Shown here in pieces: positions 60,590 to 64,000 of a stretch of 64,000 nucleotides of DNA (the stretch's first letter is position 1; the number at the start of each line of letters is the position of its first letter). The DNA lies in contig CM059433.1 of assembly GCA_030390025.1 (NCBI GenBank), positions 1,674,001-1,738,000 on the forward strand, written 5' to 3'. The notes beneath the pieces were generated by a model that searched no databases, was not told the origin of the DNA, and saw nothing but the letters and a program-made list of their open reading frames with translations. The stretch is from Squalus acanthias (lineage: Eukaryota). A program made the position numbers and the translations under genes.

Positions 60590-61300
60590 GGAAGGGAATG
60601 GGTGACCACCAGGCAGAGCAGTAGGCGCAGGCAGGGTAGTGCAGGGGTCCCCTGTGGCCATCCCCCTCTCAAACAGATATACCGCTTTGGATATTGTTGA
60701 GGGAGATGGCTTATCAGGGGAAGACAGTAGCAGCCAACTTCCTAGCACCGTAGGTGGTTCTGCTGCACAGGATGGGAGGGAAAAGAGTGGGAGAGTTATA
60801 GTGATAGGGGATTCTATTGTAAGGGAATAGATAGGTGTTTCTGCGGCCGCAAACGAGACTCCAGGATGGTATGTTGCATCCCTGGTGCAAGGGTCAAGGA
60901 TGTCTCAGAGCGGCTACAGAGCATTTTGGAAGGGGAGGGTGAACAGCCAGTTGTCGTGGTGCATATAGGTACCAACGATATAGGTAAAAAACGGGATGAG
61001 GTCCTAAAAGCAGAATATAGGGAGTTAGGAGGTAAATTAAAAAATAGGACCTCAAAGGTAGTAATCTCAGGATTGCTACCGGTGCCACGTGCTAGTCAGA
61101 GTAGAAAAAGGAGGATATTTCAGATGAATACGTGGCTAGAGGAATGGTGCAAGGGGGAGGGTTTCAAATTCCTGGGGCATTGGAACCGGTTCTGGGGGAG
61201 GTGGGACCAGTACAAACCGGACGGTCTATACCTGGGCAGGGCCGGGACCGATGTCCTAGGGGGAGTGTTTGCTAGTGCTCTGGGGGAGGGTTTAAACTAA
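60590..61300 (+). pseudogene. CR1 ORF1, SGNH/GDSL esterase-like domain (in-frame stop at 60828-60830)
   Basis: IPLSNRY, VIVIGDSIVR, CCIPGARVKDV, VVVHIGTND, DGLYL (expected DGLHL; catalytic His replaced). Confidence 0.92.
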
Positions 61301-61301
61301 A

Positions 61302-63316
61302 ATGGCAGGGGTTTGGGAACCTGAGCAGGGAGACAGAGGAAAGGGAAACAAGGATAAAACAAAAGATAGGAAGGAGAAAAACAAAAGTGGTAGTCAGAGA
61401 AAACAACGGTTTAAATCAAATATGGCCACAGTAAATACTAATTCTAATAGGTCTAAGAGTGTTAAAAAAACAAGCCTGAAGGCTTTGTGTCTTAATGCAA
61501 GGAGCATTCGGAACAAGGTGGATGAATTCACTGCGCAAATAGAGGTAAACGAATATGATTTGATTGGGATTACCGAAACATGGCTCCAGGGTGGCCAAGG
61601 CTGGGAACTCAACATCCAGGGGTACTCAATATTCAGGAAAGATAGGCAAAAAGGAAAGGGAGGTGGGGTAGCATTGCTGGTTAAAGAGGGGATTAACACA
61701 ATTGAAAGGAAGGATATTAGCTCTGATGATGCGGAATCTGTATGGGTTGAACTGAGAAATAACAAGGGGCAGAAAACGTTAGTGGGAGTGATATATAGAC
61801 CTCCAAACAGTAATGCGGAGGTTGGGGATGGCATTAAAAGGGAAATTAGAGAAGCATGCAATAAGGGCACAGCAGTCATCATGGGTGACTTTAATCTACA
61901 TATAGATTGAGCTAACCAAATTAGTAACAATACTATGGAGGAGGAATTCCTGGAGTGTTTACGGGATGGTTTCCTGGACCAATATGTCGAGGAACCAACC
62001 AGAGATCAGGCCATCTTAGACTGGGTATTATACAATGAGAAAGGATTAATTAGCAATCTTGTTGTGCGAGGCCCCTTGGATCGGAGCGATCATAATATGA
62101 TAGAATTCTTCATTAGGATGGAGAGTGAAGTAGTTGACTCAGAGACTAGGGTCCTAAATTTAAATAAAGGAAACTACGATGGTATGAGGTGCGAGTTGGG
62201 TAGGATTGATTGGGGAATGTCACTCAAAGGGTTGATGGTGGATAGGCAATGGCAAACATTCAAAGACCGCATGGACGAACTACAGAATTTGTTCATCCCA
62301 GTTTGGCATAAGAATAAAACAAAAAGGGTGACTCAACTGTGGCTAACAAGGGAAATTAGGGATAGCATAAGATCCAAGGAGAGGGCATATAAATTGGCCA
62401 GAAAAAGCAGTAACCCTGAGGATTGGGAGCAGTTTAAGATTCAACAAAGGAGGACAAAGGGATTAATTAAGAAGGGGAAAATAGAATGCAAGAGTAAGCT
62501 TGCAGGGAACATAAAAACTGACTGTAAAAGCTTTTGTAGATATGTGAAGAGAAAAAGATTAGTGAAATAAAGCATAGGTCCCTTGCAGTCAGAATCAGGG
62601 GAACTTATAATGGGGAACAAAGAAATGTCAGACCAATTAAATACATATTTTGGTTCTGTCTTCACAAAGGAGGACACAAATAACCTCCCAGAGATGTTGG
62701 GGAACATAGGGTCTGATGAAAGGGAGGAACTGAAAGAAATCAGTATTTGTAGGGAAATGGTGTTAGGGAAATTGAAGGGATTGAAGGCCGATAAATCCCC
62801 AGGGCCTGATAATCTACATCCTAGGGTACTTAAGGAAGTGGCCCTAGAAATAGTAGATGCATTGCTGATCATCTTCCAACATTCGATGGAATCTGGAACA
62901 GTACCCATGGATTGGAGGGTAGCTAATGTTACCCCACTATTCAAAAAGGGTGGTAGAGAGAAAACGGGGAATTATAGACCGGTAAGCCTGACATCGGTAG
63001 TGGGGAAAATGCTAGAGTCCATTATAAAAGATGTAATAGCTGAGCACTTGGAAAACAGTGACAGGATCGGACAAAGTCAACATGGATTATTTTGGATTTA
63101 CAAAAGGTAAATCATGCTTGACTAATCTACTGGAATTTTTTGAGGATGTAACTGGTAAAATAGATAAGGGAGAACCAGTGGATGTGGTGTATTTGGACTT
63201 CCAGAAGGCTTTCGATAAGGTCCCGCATAAGAGATTAGCGTGTAAAGTTAAGGCACATGGGATTGGGGGCAAGGTATTGATGTGGATAGAGAACTGGTTG
63301 GCAGACAGAAAGCACA
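61302..63316 (+). pseudogene. CR1 ORF2, APE endonuclease plus N-terminal RT (stops at 61908 and 62568; frameshift near 63085)
   Basis: NARSIRNK, IGITETW, GGGVALLVK, IYRPP, MGDFN, SDH; KSPGPD, NYRPVSLTSV, QHG, KSCLTNLL, YLDFQKAFDKVPH. Confidence 0.95.
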
Positions 63317-63578
63317 GGGCTGGATTTTGAAACTGGGGTCGGGTTGGTGTCGTGAATCACACATTCTGGCTTGTAAACCCGCCTCCATCGAGATGTGGCC
63401 AACCCACTGTATTTTCCCTTGATTGACCTTGTTGAGCCCGCCCAGTGGGCTCAGCAGGCCAATTAAGGGCCACCCGGCAACAGGTGACGTCACAGATTGA
63501 CATTTCATCTGTCAAGAGCTTTTGACAGATGAAATATCTGCGTTTGACAGCTCTGTGAAGCTGTCAAACACTGACAAT
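63317..63578. mobile_element. TIR element (family of 6768-7633, opposite orientation) inserted in CR1 ORF2, itself interrupted
   Basis: Abrupt switch after ..WLADRKH to gggctggatttt; shares the 'tttgacag..ctgtcaaac' hairpin segment with 7349-7410. Confidence 0.75.
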
Positions 63579-64000
63579 GGCCCAGAAATTGATCTCGCTC
63601 TGTTCCCGCGAGGGTAAGGCTTCCCCGCGATCTCTCACTCCGCTTGTGCTTTTTCAGATCCAGCTCGCATGAACTTGATGTTCCAGACATCAGCTGGGCA
63701 GTGCTTGCGTATCCCACCGGCGTAGTGAATTCGTGCGAACTGTGGGATCACGTGACTCAGTTAGAGCCAATGGCAGCACACCATCTTCCATTCATAAGTT
63801 TCACATACGTGCTGTGAAATCTATGAATCTTACACCCCCCCAAAATAACAGCTAAACCTCAATTAAATTAAAAAAAAAACCATCACATTAATAAAATAAG
63901 TATAGTTAAATAAATTAACCATTTTAAATAAAAAATTAAATTTTTGAAAAAATTTAAAATCTTTTAAAAAGTTATAAAAATAAACTTACCTGTCTTTAAA
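63579..64000. mobile_element. TIR element (family of 19600-20364), left part, runs off the window
   Basis: AAT|ggcccagaaatt; colinear with 19600-20030 ('gggatcacgtg..agagccaatggcagca..aaataaacttacct'). Confidence 0.88.

Larger units (their letters stand above)
60570..63316 (+). mobile_element. CR1 LINE (5' part to mid-RT), interrupted by a TIR element at 63317
   Basis: ORF1 esterase plus ORF2 endonuclease/RT motifs, listed as the next two features. Confidence 0.96.

Noticed and set aside
60590..61300. Esterase ORF as a captured host enzyme or novel system
   Set aside because: SGNH esterase domains are a known feature of CR1 ORF1; this copy has a stop and lacks the catalytic His

Overview
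Vertebrate non-coding DNA, most likely a cartilaginous fish (inferred from its repeats: Deu-domain tRNA SINEs, CR1 with an SGNH-esterase ORF1, RTE, Penelope-like termini and GGG...CCC-ended Harbinger-type elements). No intact host gene is recognisable; only a few splice-bounded candidate exons. The window is dominated by a ~22.8-kb satellite of 11-bp units (GAGCGAGACCT/GAGCGAGAGCG; 25342-48105) with kb-scale higher-order structure, ending at a 500-N gap. Six smaller tandem arrays are present, and at least four of them are amplified segments of transposons (SINE, two MITEs, CR1 3' UTR). Also present: two TSD-flanked palindromic Penelope-like remnants (one with head-to-head hammerhead-ribozyme-like motifs), decayed PIF/Harbinger elements (Myb/SANT and HARBI1-like relics), many non-autonomous TIR elements often flanked by A-N-T, and several nested insertions. 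Most long ORFs in the track are repeat artefacts. I found no well-supported new protein-coding system; the best leads are RNA and repeat structures.
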